From Solimonas sp. (lineage in GTDB: Bacteria; Pseudomonadota; Gammaproteobacteria; Nevskiales; Nevskiaceae), in the NCBI GenBank assembly GCA_041612095.1, contig JBFJJW010000001.1:1-59860 (forward strand): a DNA stretch of 59,860 nucleotides. The letters run 5' to 3'. A program made the position numbers and the translations under genes. The notes under the pieces are model-generated. The model saw nothing but the letters and a program-made list of their open reading frames with translations. It did not search any database and was not told the DNA's origin. Of this stretch, positions 20,548 to 30,507 are shown one piece after another; the first letter of the stretch is position 1; each line of letters begins with the position of its first letter.

Positions 20548-22019
20548 CCGCGAACCTCCCCGCCCTGCAGGTGCTGATCCCCCTGCTCGCAGCGCCGCTC
20601 TGCGTGCTGCTCAGAACGCCGAACGCGGCCTGGGCCGTATTTGCCGCCGCATCCGCCTGCAGCTTCGTGTTTGCGATTGGCCTGCTGCTCACGCTGCCGG
20701 CGGCCGGCTCGATCAGCTACGCGATGGGAGGGTGGCCGGCGCCCTTCGGCATCGTGTACGTCATCGATGCAGCGAATGCGTGGATGCTGGTGCTGGTCTC
20801 GGGTGCTGCCGTGGCCACCGCGGTGTACGCGCGTGTCAGCATCGCTGCCGAGATCGAGGCGCGCCGGATCTACCTGTACTACGCCTGCCTGTGCCTGTGC
20901 CTGACCGGCCTGCTCGGCATCGTGTCCACGGGGGACGCCTTCAACATCTTCGTGTTTCTAGAGATTTCCTCGCTGTCCTCGTATGCGCTGGTGGCAATGG
21001 GGCGCAGCCGCCGGGCACTGCTTTCGGCGTTTCAGTATCTGGTCGTTGGAACGATCGGCGGCACCTTCCTGTTGATCGGCATCGGACTCGCCTATGCGCT
21101 GACCGGCACGCTCAACATCGCGGACCTGCACGCACGCCTACCGGGAGCCGACAATCGTGCACTGATCGCTGCCATCGCGTTCATCGGCATCGGCCTGTCG
21201 ATCAAGATGGCGCTGGTGCCGCTGCACGCGTGGTTGCCCGGCGCCTATGGCGAGGCGCCGAGTGCCGCGAGCCTGTTTCTTGCGGCCTGCAGCACGAAGG
21301 TCGCCGTTTACGCGCTGCTGCGCTTCCTGTTCAGCGCGTTCGGCATCGAGCGCAGCTTCGCCGTACTGCCGCTGACCCAGATCGGTCTGCTGGCGGGCAG
21401 CCTGGCGATGCTGGTTGGCGCCGCCATGGCCTGCCTGCAGACGGACCTGAAGCGATTGCTCGCTTGGTCAAGCATCGGCCAGATCGGGTACATCGTCGCC
21501 GGCTTCAGTCTCGCCACCCACGATGGCCTGCGCGCAAGTTTCCTGCACCTGCTGAACCACGCCGTGATCAAGGCCGCGCTGTTCGCGGTGGCCGGCATGC
21601 TGGTTCTGCGGCTGGGGAGCGCCAGGCTCGAAGCGCTGGCGGGCCTGCGCCAGCGGCTGCCGCTGGTCTTCGCGGCTCTGTTGCTCGCGGGGCTCGGACT
21701 GATCGGCATGCCGCTGACGGCCGGGTTTGTCAGCAAGTGGGCGCTGGTGCAGGCACTGATCGCGGAGGCGCAGTGGGTGATCGTCGGCGCGGTCCTGGTT
21801 AGCTCGCTACTTGCAGTGGTTTACGTCGGGCGCGTCGTGGAGATCGCCTGGTTCCGCGAGCCATCCGGCGCGACCACGGCGATCGCCCCCATCCCGTTGT
21901 CGATGCAACTCGTGACCTGGGCCCTGGTGCTGCTGAGCCTGTGGCTGGGGCTGGACAGTGCGCTGCCGGCGCAGCTTGCCGGCAACGCCGCGGACGCCCT
22001 GCTCGGAGGCCCCCGGTGA
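20544..22019 (+). CDS. mrpD: Mrp antiporter subunit D (copy 1)
   Basis: DAFNIFVFLEI, IKMALVPLHAWLP, DLKRLLAWSS. Confidence 0.92.
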   Translation: MTANLPALQVLIPLLAAPLCVLLRTPNAAWAVFAAASACSFVFAIGLLLTLPAAGSISYAMGGWPAPFGIVYVIDAANAWMLVLVSGAAVATAVYARVSIAAEIEARRIYLYYACLCLCLTGLLGIVSTGDAFNIFVFLEISSLSSYALVAMGRSRRALLSAFQYLVVGTIGGTFLLIGIGLAYALTGTLNIADLHARLPGADNRALIAAIAFIGIGLSIKMALVPLHAWLPGAYGEAPSAASLFLAACSTKVAVYALLRFLFSAFGIERSFAVLPLTQIGLLAGSLAMLVGAAMACLQTDLKRLLAWSSIGQIGYIVAGFSLATHDGLRASFLHLLNHAVIKAALFAVAGMLVLRLGSARLEALAGLRQRLPLVFAALLLAGLGLIGMPLTAGFVSKWALVQALIAEAQWVIVGAVLVSSLLAVVYVGRVVEIAWFREPSGATTAIAPIPLSMQLVTWALVLLSLWLGLDSALPAQLAGNAADALLGGPR

Positions 22020-23548
22020 CGCTTGCGCTACCGGCTGAATGGTGCGCGCCGGAACGCGCCTGGGTGCTGCCGCTGGCGGTCCTGCTGCCGCTGCTGGTTG
22101 CGCTGGTATTGCCCCTGCTGCGCCGCCATCCGAATGCCCGCGAGGCGGCAACGCTCACCGGCGGACTGCTGCTCGCGCTAGGCGCTGTACTGTTGTGGAC
22201 GCTGGCGGAGACGCCCCTGCGTTTCTCGCTCTGGACCTGGATGCCAGGCCTGGAGCTGGCATTCGAGCTCGAACCGCTGGGGCTGATCTTTGCCAGCGTC
22301 GCCGCGTGCCTGTGGCCGATTACCTCGCTGTACGCGATTGGCTATCTGCGCAGCACGGATGAGCGGCATCAGACGCGCTTCTACATCTGCTTTGCAATCG
22401 CCATCGCAGCGGCGATGGGCATTGCCTTTGCCGCCAACGGCATCACGCTGTTCCTGTTTTACGAGATGCTGACCCTGGCGACCTGGCCACTGGTTGCGCA
22501 CAAGAACACGCCGGAAGCCCAGCGCGGCGCGCGCATCTACCTTGCCACGCTGCTACTGACGTCTATCGGGCTGTTCCTGCCAGCGCTGATCTGGACCTAT
22601 GCGCTGACCGGCACGACCGACTTCCGCGACGGCGGCATCCTCGCGGGTCACGCAGGACCGGGCACGCTTGCCGTGCTCTATGCCCTGTTCCTGTTCGGTA
22701 TCGGCAAGGCGGCACTGATGCCTGTGCACCGCTGGCTGCCGGCGGCCATGGTGGCGCCCACCCCGGTCAGCGCGCTGCTGCACGCGGTGGCGGTCGTGAA
22801 GGCCGGCGTTTTCACCGTGCTCAAGGTCACGATCTATCTGTTCGGCCTCGATACGCTGGAAGTTGGCGGCGCAGCCACGCCGATGATCTGGATGTCGGCG
22901 TTCACGATCGTCGTCGCGGCAGCCATCGCCGTGCGCCAGGACAACCTCAAGGCGCGGCTGGCGTACTCTACGGTCAGCCAGCTCAGCTATATCGTGCTGG
23001 GCGCCGCGCTGGCGGTGCCGGACGCGGTACTGGAAGGCGCGCTGCACATCGTCACGCACGCAGCCGGCAAGATCACCCTGTTCTTCTGTGCCGGCGCCAT
23101 CTATGTCGCCGCACACAAGACCAAGGTCAGCGAACTGGATGGTCTCGGAGCGCGCATGCCGTTCACCTTTGCCGCGTTCAGCATTGCCGCGATGTCGATT
23201 ATCGGCCTGCCGCCGCTGGCAGGCAGCTGGGACAAGTTCCTGTTGATGGAGGGTGCCGTTGACGCCGGCTGGCCGGTGCTGATGGGCGTGCTGCTGGCCA
23301 GCTCGCTGCTGAGCATTGCCTATCTGGCGCCGATTCCGGTGCGCGCCTTCCTGCTGCCGGAACGCGGGGCACCGGCGGCAGACGACGACCCCTCGGGCGA
23401 GGCCCCCGTCGTGCGCAGACCCCGCATCGAGGAAGCGCCGTGGACCTGCCTGGTTCCCCTGTGTCTCACGGCAGCGGCCTGCCTGGTTCTGTTCTTCTTC
23501 GAGGATCAACTGCTGACTCCACTGGCCGCGCGCCTGGGGGCTCCATGA
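22016..23548 (+). CDS. MrpD/MrpA-core family antiporter subunit (copy 2)
   Basis: HRWLPAAMVAPTPVSALLHAVAVVKAG (MrpA/NuoL-type motif), KARLAYSTVSQL; GTG start overlapping the upstream stop. Confidence 0.9.
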   Translation: MTLALPAEWCAPERAWVLPLAVLLPLLVALVLPLLRRHPNAREAATLTGGLLLALGAVLLWTLAETPLRFSLWTWMPGLELAFELEPLGLIFASVAACLWPITSLYAIGYLRSTDERHQTRFYICFAIAIAAAMGIAFAANGITLFLFYEMLTLATWPLVAHKNTPEAQRGARIYLATLLLTSIGLFLPALIWTYALTGTTDFRDGGILAGHAGPGTLAVLYALFLFGIGKAALMPVHRWLPAAMVAPTPVSALLHAVAVVKAGVFTVLKVTIYLFGLDTLEVGGAATPMIWMSAFTIVVAAAIAVRQDNLKARLAYSTVSQLSYIVLGAALAVPDAVLEGALHIVTHAAGKITLFFCAGAIYVAAHKTKVSELDGLGARMPFTFAAFSIAAMSIIGLPPLAGSWDKFLLMEGAVDAGWPVLMGVLLASSLLSIAYLAPIPVRAFLLPERGAPAADDDPSGEAPVVRRPRIEEAPWTCLVPLCLTAAACLVLFFFEDQLLTPLAARLGAP

Positions 23549-23817
23549 GCGACGAAAAGCCACGCTGGCTAGACCAGCCCCGGAATGTCACGCACCTGGT
23601 CTACGTCCTCTATGCCGCCTGCCTGACCGTGCTGCTGGCTGAGCTTGGCATCGACAAGCACGCCCATTTTGCGTTCGAGAATCTGTTCGGGTTCTACGCC
23701 GCATTCGGGTTCGGTGCCTATGTTGTCATCGTCCTTGCAGCCAAGGGGCTGCGGCGCCTGATCCGGCGCCCCGAGCAGTACTACGACCCACCGGAATCGA
23801 AGCAGCCACCGCAATGA
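23545..23817 (+). CDS. Small two-TM membrane protein within the mrp operon
   Basis: 90 aa, MSDEKPRWLD…, two hydrophobic segments, ATGA overlaps at both ends. Confidence 0.8.
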   Translation: MSDEKPRWLDQPRNVTHLVYVLYAACLTVLLAELGIDKHAHFAFENLFGFYAAFGFGAYVVIVLAAKGLRRLIRRPEQYYDPPESKQPPQ

Positions 23818-25505
23818 CCGAGTTCCTGCTCAATCCGGCCGTAATCTTGATTCTGGGCAGCCTCGTGCTGCCGTTCCTGCGCGACTGGCCGCGGCGGCTG
23901 TTCATGCTGGCGCTCCCCATCGCCGGCCTGGTCCTGCTGTGCAGCCTGCCAATGGGGGCGGCTGGCGAGGTCGAGGTATTTGGACTGCACCTTGAAACGC
24001 TGCGCCTGGACCGACTGTCTTTCATCTTCGGCCTGATCTTCCACATCGCGGCGATACTTGCGGTGATCTACGCCTGGCACCTCAAGGATGTGCTGCAGCA
24101 TGTGGCCAGTCTGGTATACGCCGGTGCCGCGATCGGTGCGGTACTGGCCGGAGATCTGATCACGCTGGTCATCTACTGGGAGCTGACCGCGCTGTCTTCG
24201 GTGTTCCTGATCTGGGCACGGCGCACCGAGCGCGCTTACCGCGTGGGCATGCGCTACCTGATCATTCAGGTGGCCTCCGGCGTGATCCTGCTGGCCGGCG
24301 TGGCCTGGCGCCATGCCAAGACCGGCAGCATCGACTTCGAGCTGATGGCCCTTGCGGAGCCCGGGGCGTGGCTGATCCTGCTGGGCTTCGGCATCAAGTG
24401 CGCGTTCCCGTTCCTGCACAACTGGTTGCAGGACGCCTATCCGGAGGCCACGGTCACCGGCACTGTCGTGTTGTCGGCATTCACGACCAAGCTCGCGGTC
24501 TATGCGCTGGCGCGTGGCTTTGCCGGCACCGAGATGCTGATCTGGATCGGCGCAGCGATGACCGCATTCCCCATCTTCTTTGCGGTGATCGAGAACGATC
24601 TGCGGCGGGTGCTGGCCTACAGCCTCAACAATCAGCTGGGCTTCATGGTCTGCGGCATCGGCATTGGCACCGAGCTCGCGCTCAACGGCGCTGCTGCACA
24701 TGCATTTGCGCACATCCTGTACAAGTCGCTGCTGTTCATGTCGATGGGCGCGGTGCTGTATCGGGTCGGCACCGTCAAGGCATCGGAGCTGGGCGGGCTG
24801 TACAAGTCGATGCCCTGGACCACGGCGTTCTGCATCATCGGCGCTGCGTCGATCTCGGCATTCCCGCTGCTATCCGGCTTCGTCACCAAATCCATGATCC
24901 TGACAGCCGTGGCGCAGGAACACCTGTGGGTGGTTTGGCTCGTCCTGCTGTTCGCGTCGGCGGGTGTGCTGGATCATTCCGGCATCAAGATTCCGTTCTT
25001 TGCCTTTTTTGCGCACGACTCAGGCAAACGCTGCGACGAGGCCCCGGCCAACATGCTGATTGCAATGGGGCTGACGGCCGCCCTGTGCATTGGTATCGGC
25101 ATCTACCCGCAACCGCTTTATGCGCTGCTGCCACATATGGTCGATTACCAGGCCTACACCGCGGCCCATGTCATCACGCAACTACAACTCCTGCTGTTTG
25201 CGATGGCCGCGTTTGCCGTGCTGTACCGCCGCGGCTGGTATCCCCCGGAGATTCCCGCGCTCAATATCGACAGCGACTGGATCTATCGCCGGTTCCTGCC
25301 ACAGGCAGGCCACAGCGCCATGCGGCTCGCCAGCCAGCTTCAGGACGGTGCGCAACGCCTTGCAACGAGCGCGTGGCAAACCGGCCTGCGCCATGCCGGC
25401 GTAGACCGCGCGGCCAAGCTCTCGTCGACATGGGCCAGCAGCGCGATGGTGTGGTGGGTCGTGCTGCTGCTCGGCGTGTTGCTGCTGGTGATGCTGCCGC
25501 TTTGA
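23814..25505 (+). CDS. MrpD-family antiporter subunit (copy 3) with C-terminal extension
   Basis: YWELTA, KCAFPFLHNWLQDAYP, ENDLRRVLAYS; C-terminal DWIY amphipathic segment plus final TM. Confidence 0.9.
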   Translation: MTEFLLNPAVILILGSLVLPFLRDWPRRLFMLALPIAGLVLLCSLPMGAAGEVEVFGLHLETLRLDRLSFIFGLIFHIAAILAVIYAWHLKDVLQHVASLVYAGAAIGAVLAGDLITLVIYWELTALSSVFLIWARRTERAYRVGMRYLIIQVASGVILLAGVAWRHAKTGSIDFELMALAEPGAWLILLGFGIKCAFPFLHNWLQDAYPEATVTGTVVLSAFTTKLAVYALARGFAGTEMLIWIGAAMTAFPIFFAVIENDLRRVLAYSLNNQLGFMVCGIGIGTELALNGAAAHAFAHILYKSLLFMSMGAVLYRVGTVKASELGGLYKSMPWTTAFCIIGAASISAFPLLSGFVTKSMILTAVAQEHLWVVWLVLLFASAGVLDHSGIKIPFFAFFAHDSGKRCDEAPANMLIAMGLTAALCIGIGIYPQPLYALLPHMVDYQAYTAAHVITQLQLLLFAMAAFAVLYRRGWYPPEIPALNIDSDWIYRRFLPQAGHSAMRLASQLQDGAQRLATSAWQTGLRHAGVDRAAKLSSTWASSAMVWWVVLLLGVLLLVMLPL

Positions 25506-25519
25506 GTCGATACCCGGCC

Positions 25520-26569
25520 TCAGACGATCCGCGGTTGCTTCTTGCGTCCGGAATGGGCCTTGCGCGCACTGCGGATGTTGCGGGCAACACCCGCCGCCGT
25601 CTCCGGCGCGTCGAAGCGCGCCAGATGGAACGCGGCGTCGCCCTCGTGTACCAGCGGCAACGAGGAACGCCCCACCAGCACGCCGGCCGCACTGGCCAGG
25701 ACCGGCGTTTCCATCTCGCCGAGGGGGTCGCCAATGACCCCCAGCACCTGCGCGCGCTTGACCTCTTCGCCGAGCGCAACCTGAGCGCGCAGAATGCCGC
25801 TGGCCGGCGCTCTGATCCAGGTGCTGGACTTGGCGACCACCGGCGCCGGTGCGCGCGCAACCCGTGTGGCGGCCGGCAACATCGACAGTGCCGCCAGCAC
25901 GTTCAGAATTCCGCGCACACCGATGCGGATGGCCAGCTCGTCGAAGCGCAAGGCCTCACCTGATTCGTAGAGCAGCACCGGAATGCCACGCTCGGTGGTG
26001 TACTGGCGCAGCGTGCCGGCAGTGGGCGTCGAGTTCAGCAGCAGCGGCACACCAAAGGCCTGCGCCAGGCGCAGATTCTCGGGCTGGCTCAGATCGGCGC
26101 GGATATGCGGCAGATTGGGGCGATGCACGGCGCCGGTATGCAGATCGATGCCGTAATCGCTGCGCCCGACGATTTCCCTGAGGAACAGCTGGGCCAGACG
26201 TGCTGCCAGCGAGCCGGTACCGCTACCGGGGAAGCTGCGGTTGAGGTCGCGCCGATCGGGCAAGTAGCGCGACTGGTGCAGAAAGGCCAGTGTGTTGACC
26301 ACCGGCACCGCGAGCAGTGTGCCGCTGAGCCGCTTCAGTGCCGGCAGCATCAGCAGGCGCCGGATGATCTCGACGCCGATGATCTCATCACCGTGCAGGG
26401 CGGCGCTGACAAACAGCGTGGGCCCGGCGGCGCGCCCGCGCACGACCCGTACCGGCAGCGTCACCGGGGTATTGGTGTAGAGGTTGGCGACCGGAATCTG
26501 CAGGCTGCGCGTCTCTCCGCGCGCGATCTCCACGCCACCAATCGCAAAGGTATCGGCCAGTGCCATCAA
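25520..26569 (-). CDS. Succinylglutamate desuccinylase/aspartoacylase (M14-like) family protein
   Basis: [24 protein letters not shown]; C-terminal biotinyl-like domain. Confidence 0.9.
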   Translation of the reverse strand: MMALADTFAIGGVEIARGETRSLQIPVANLYTNTPVTLPVRVVRGRAAGPTLFVSAALHGDEIIGVEIIRRLLMLPALKRLSGTLLAVPVVNTLAFLHQSRYLPDRRDLNRSFPGSGTGSLAARLAQLFLREIVGRSDYGIDLHTGAVHRPNLPHIRADLSQPENLRLAQAFGVPLLLNSTPTAGTLRQYTTERGIPVLLYESGEALRFDELAIRIGVRGILNVLAALSMLPAATRVARAPAPVVAKSSTWIRAPASGILRAQVALGEEVKRAQVLGVIGDPLGEMETPVLASAAGVLVGRSSLPLVHEGDAAFHLARFDAPETAAGVARNIRSARKAHSGRKKQPRIV

Positions 26570-27471
26570 CCGCGTCCCTTGGTGCGGGTCTTGCCGGGGC
26601 CTGCGTTGCGCTCGACGAAGCTGATGATGCGCGCGGCTATATCCGTACCGGTGGCCTGCTCGATGCCTTCCAGACCCGGCGAGGAGTTCACCTCCATCAC
26701 CATCGGCCCGCGCTTGGAGCGCAACAAGTCCACACCGGCGACATTCAGCCCCATGATCTTGGCCGCGCGCAGCGCGGTCTCGCGCTCGGCCTTGCTGATG
26801 CGTACCGGCTGCGCGCTGCCGCCACGATGCAGGTTGGACCGGAATTCACCACTCTTGGCCGTGCGCTGCATCGCCGCCACGACCTGATTGCCGATCACAA
26901 AACAGCGGATGTCGCTACCGCGCGACTCGCTGATGAATTCCTGTACCAGAAAGTAGGCGTCCAGCTCGCGAAAGGCGTCGATCACCGATTCCGCAGCCTT
27001 GTCGGTTTCCGCCAGCACCACGCCCTGCCCCTGAGTGCCCTCGATCAGCTTGATCACCATCGGCGCGCCTCCGACCAGCTGAATCAGGCCGACAGTGTCG
27101 TCGGGGGCGTGTGCAAAGCCGGAGCACGGCAGGCCTACGCCCTTGCGCGCGAGCAACTGCAGCGCCCTGAGCTTGTCGCGGGCGCGGGTGATGGCCACGG
27201 ATTCGTTCAGGCAGTAAATCCCCTGCATCTCGAACTGGCGCACAACCGCCGTACCGTAGAAGGTCACCGACGCGCCGATGCGCGGAATCACCGCGTCGAA
27301 GCCCTCCAGCAGACGGCCGCGGTACCAGATCTCCGGCTTGCGCGGCACGATGTTGATGACACAGCGCAACACGTCGATGACGTGCACCTGATGCCCGCGC
27401 GCTTCGGCCGCCTCGATCAGGCGGCGGGTCGAGTAGAGCCTGCGATTACGGGATAACAGCGCGATCTTCAT
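26566..27471 (-). CDS. rimK: RimK alpha-L-glutamate ligase
   Basis: [46 protein letters not shown]. Confidence 0.95.
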   Translation of the reverse strand: MKIALLSRNRRLYSTRRLIEAAEARGHQVHVIDVLRCVINIVPRKPEIWYRGRLLEGFDAVIPRIGASVTFYGTAVVRQFEMQGIYCLNESVAITRARDKLRALQLLARKGVGLPCSGFAHAPDDTVGLIQLVGGAPMVIKLIEGTQGQGVVLAETDKAAESVIDAFRELDAYFLVQEFISESRGSDIRCFVIGNQVVAAMQRTAKSGEFRSNLHRGGSAQPVRISKAERETALRAAKIMGLNVAGVDLLRSKRGPMVMEVNSSPGLEGIEQATGTDIAARIISFVERNAGPGKTRTKGRG

Positions 27472-27902
27472 GGCTTGCCGGCACGATAGCTGGCTGCAGG
27501 GTCGATCACAAAACCGCCGGTCAGCGCCGTCCGCCCCAGCAGCATGCGAAAGCGCAAGGTATCGCGCCGCGACAGCGACAGTTCCGTGTTGAAGTCGCGG
27601 CCTGCCAAGCGCACGGTCGTCTCGATGAACGGGCGCAGTTCACGGCGGCCACCGGAGTCCGTTACCCAGCGCTCGTCAATCATCTTGGCCTCACACCAGA
27701 CCTCTCGTTTCTGCCGCTGCAGCGGGTGCACACCAAACCGCACGCGGCCATTGGCGAGCTGCTCCACTGCGAACGTATGCAGCGCCGACGAGCGCGCGCC
27801 GGTATCGACCTTGGCCTTGATGCGCTTGATGCCCAGGTCCGGCAGCGCCAGCCACTCTCGCCAACCCAGCAGGGTCGGTTCCTCATCCTTACGCTCGCTC
27901 AC
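27468..27902 (-). CDS. RimK-associated retropepsin-like protease (RimB-like)
   Basis: [23 protein letters not shown]; immediately upstream of rimK. Confidence 0.88.
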   Translation of the reverse strand: MSERKDEEPTLLGWREWLALPDLGIKRIKAKVDTGARSSALHTFAVEQLANGRVRFGVHPLQRQKREVWCEAKMIDERWVTDSGGRRELRPFIETTVRLAGRDFNTELSLSRRDTLRFRMLLGRTALTGGFVIDPAASYRAGKP

Positions 27903-28019
27903 CCATCCCTCCTGTCGCCAACGCCCAGCTTAGAGGCTGCGCCCCCTGCTGGGCCAACTTTACGCTTGAGCGGGCAGGCGGCCGCCCTATACTGGGATCA
28001 TCACGCCGGAGGATGACCC

Positions 28020-28328
28020 ATGACCGCGACCACTTACCGCACGCTGGAAGAGTTCTACCCCTACTACCTGGCAGAGCACTCCAACCGCACCTGCCGTCGG
28101 CTGCATTTCATCGGCAGCAGTCTGGGCATCGCCCTGTTCGTGGCCGCCGCCGTCACCCTGAACGGCTGGCTGCTGCTGCTGGGGCTGGTTCAGGGGTACG
28201 CCTGGGCCTGGGTCGGACACTTCTTCTTCGAGCACAACAAACCGGCCACCTTTCAGTATCCCTGGCTGTCTTTCCGTGGAGACTGGAAGATGTGGTGGCA
28301 GATGCTGACCGGGAAAATCAGCTTCTGA
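28020..28328 (+). CDS. DUF962/Mpo1-like membrane protein
   Basis: FYPYYLAEH, RRLHFIG, WVGHFFFEHNKPATF. Confidence 0.88.
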   Translation: MTATTYRTLEEFYPYYLAEHSNRTCRRLHFIGSSLGIALFVAAAVTLNGWLLLLGLVQGYAWAWVGHFFFEHNKPATFQYPWLSFRGDWKMWWQMLTGKISF

Positions 28329-28400
28329 CAGCTGCCGGCTGGGCGATATTTAGCCAGCGTAGCGCTACAATCCGCGCCCCCTGTCGTTTGAGACCGCGGC

Positions 28401-30290
28401 ATGTCGGAGGCCAACTCGTTTGAAGTGATCGTGATCGGCGGCGGCCATGCCGGCACCGAAGCTGCGCTGGCGGCTGCGCGCATGGGATGCAGCACCCTGC
28501 TGATCACGCAGGCGATCGAAACCCTGGGCCAGATGTCCTGTAACCCGGCCATAGGCGGCATCGGCAAAGGCCATCTGGTCCGGGAGATCGATGCCATGGG
28601 CGGGCTGATGGCCCGCGCTGCCGATCACGCGGGCATACAGTTCCGGACCCTGAACGCCAGCAAGGGGCCTGCCGTCAGGGCGACACGCGCCCAGGCCGAT
28701 CGCAGCCTTTATCGCGGCTTCGTGCGCGAAGCTCTGGAGAATCAGCCAAATCTTCAACTATTTCAGCAGGAAGTCGAAGACCTGATCGTTGAGCAGGGCC
28801 GCGTTCGCGGTGTCGTCACGCGCCTTGGCTTGAAATTCCACGCACGCTGTGTGGTGCTGACCACGGGCACGTTTCTCGGCGGCCGCATACACGTCGGCCT
28901 GTCCAATTATCAGGGCGGACGCGCGGGCGACGCGCCATCCAATGCGCTAGCCGAGCGCCTGCGCGAGCTGCATCCGCGCGTAGGTCGCCTCAAGACCGGC
29001 ACGCCGCCGCGCATTGATGGGCGGTCCATAGACTGGGGCCGGCTGCTGGAGCAACCCGGCGATGAGCCGCGCCCGGTGTTCTCGTTTCTCGGCAGCCGCG
29101 CGCAGCACCCGCGCCAGGTGCCGTGCCATATCACCCACACCAACGCCGAGACTCACGCCATCATCCGCGAAGGCTTCGATCGCTCGCCGATGTACACCGG
29201 CCTGATCGAAGGCACCGGGCCGCGCTACTGCCCCAGTGTCGAGGACAAGGTTCATCGCTTTGCCGACCGGGATCGCCACCAGGTGTTTCTCGAACCGGAG
29301 GGCCTGAGCACGCGCGAGGTCTATCCCAACGGCATATCGACATCGCTGCCGTACGACATACAGGAGCGGTTCGTCCGCAGCATAGTCGGGCTGGAGCATG
29401 CACGCATCACGCGGCCCGGTTACGCCATCGAGTACGACTACTTCGATCCGCGCGATCTGCAGCGCACACTGGAAACCAAGGTCATCGAGGGGTTGTACTT
29501 TGCGGGGCAGATCAACGGCACCACTGGCTACGAAGAGGCCGCAGCGCAGGGCTTGCTCGCCGGCATCAACGCAGCGCGCAAGAGTCGCGAGCTGCAGCCG
29601 TGGACACCGCTGCGCCACGAGGCCTATATCGGCGTGTTGGTGGATGATCTGATCACGCGTGGCACGACCGAGCCCTACCGGATGTTTACCTCGCGCGCCG
29701 AGCACCGGCTGATCCTGCGCGAAGACAATGCGGATCTGCGCCTGACGCCGGTTGCCCGCGAACTGGGACTGGTGGACGATCTTCGCTGGGCAGCCTTTTC
29801 GCAGAAGGCCGAAGCCATCGGGCGCGAGCACGCGCGCCTGCAGCAGCTATGGCTGAAGCCCGCGCAGCTGGCTGCGCCGGCGTTTGTCGCGGCCTTCGGC
29901 GTGTCTCCAAACGACAACGGGCTGTCAGGCATCGACTTGCTGCGACGCCCCGAAGCCCATTACGCCGACCTGCAAGCGCTGAACCTGGCGCCAGCGGACG
30001 TTGACGAAGCAGTTGCCGAGCAGGTGGAGATCACGGCGAAGTACGCCGGCTACATCCAGCGCGGCCAGACCGAGATTGACCGGGTACAGCGCTATGAGCA
30101 CGCGCAACTGCCTCCGGACTTCGACTACGGCATGGTGACCGGGCTGTCCAACGAAGTGCGCCAGAAACTGATGCTGCATCGGCCCGATAGCCTCGGACAG
30201 GCGGCGCGCATCGCGGGCATTACCCCGGCCGCCGTTTCGCTGTTGCTGATTCACCTGAAGAAGCGCGGACAGTTGCGTCTCAGCGCCTGA
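28401..30290 (+). CDS. mnmG: tRNA uridine 5-carboxymethylaminomethyl modification enzyme
   Basis: [55 protein letters not shown]. Confidence 0.98.
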   Translation: MSEANSFEVIVIGGGHAGTEAALAAARMGCSTLLITQAIETLGQMSCNPAIGGIGKGHLVREIDAMGGLMARAADHAGIQFRTLNASKGPAVRATRAQADRSLYRGFVREALENQPNLQLFQQEVEDLIVEQGRVRGVVTRLGLKFHARCVVLTTGTFLGGRIHVGLSNYQGGRAGDAPSNALAERLRELHPRVGRLKTGTPPRIDGRSIDWGRLLEQPGDEPRPVFSFLGSRAQHPRQVPCHITHTNAETHAIIREGFDRSPMYTGLIEGTGPRYCPSVEDKVHRFADRDRHQVFLEPEGLSTREVYPNGISTSLPYDIQERFVRSIVGLEHARITRPGYAIEYDYFDPRDLQRTLETKVIEGLYFAGQINGTTGYEEAAAQGLLAGINAARKSRELQPWTPLRHEAYIGVLVDDLITRGTTEPYRMFTSRAEHRLILREDNADLRLTPVARELGLVDDLRWAAFSQKAEAIGREHARLQQLWLKPAQLAAPAFVAAFGVSPNDNGLSGIDLLRRPEAHYADLQALNLAPADVDEAVAEQVEITAKYAGYIQRGQTEIDRVQRYEHAQLPPDFDYGMVTGLSNEVRQKLMLHRPDSLGQAARIAGITPAAVSLLLIHLKKRGQLRLSA

Positions 30291-30395
30291 GCCCGCCGCC
30301 TGCGGCACACGCCACGACGGGCGCCCCGAAACACCGCTCGGGGCTGTTCAGCTTCGTTCATGGAGGATTCACCTTGCCGCTTCTAATCTTCACCC

Positions 30396-30487
30396 AAGGC
30401 TAGCGATTCCCCCCGCTCCCCCGGCCCCGCTCCCCCCAGCGGGGCAGCCCCAAGAGCCCTCCCCCCTCCCGGAGGGCTCTTTTTTTT
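30396..30487 (+). ncRNA. Candidate sRNA with C-rich-loop hairpins (5' end uncertain)
   Basis: C-rich tract 30408-30422, hairpin GCCCCGCT-CCCCCC-AGCGGGGC, then a terminator with CCCCUCCC loop. Confidence 0.35.
30452..30487 (+). terminator. Rho-independent terminator
   Basis: AAGAGCCCTCC-8 nt-GGAGGGCTCTT followed by a T run. Confidence 0.88.
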
Positions 30488-30507
30488 ACGCTCAGTCAGC
30501 CCCCATC

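Noticed and set aside
24368-25963. 531-aa alternative-frame ORF across mrpD3 and the deacylase
   Set aside because: Arg/Ala/Gly-rich off-frame translation overlapping two real genes
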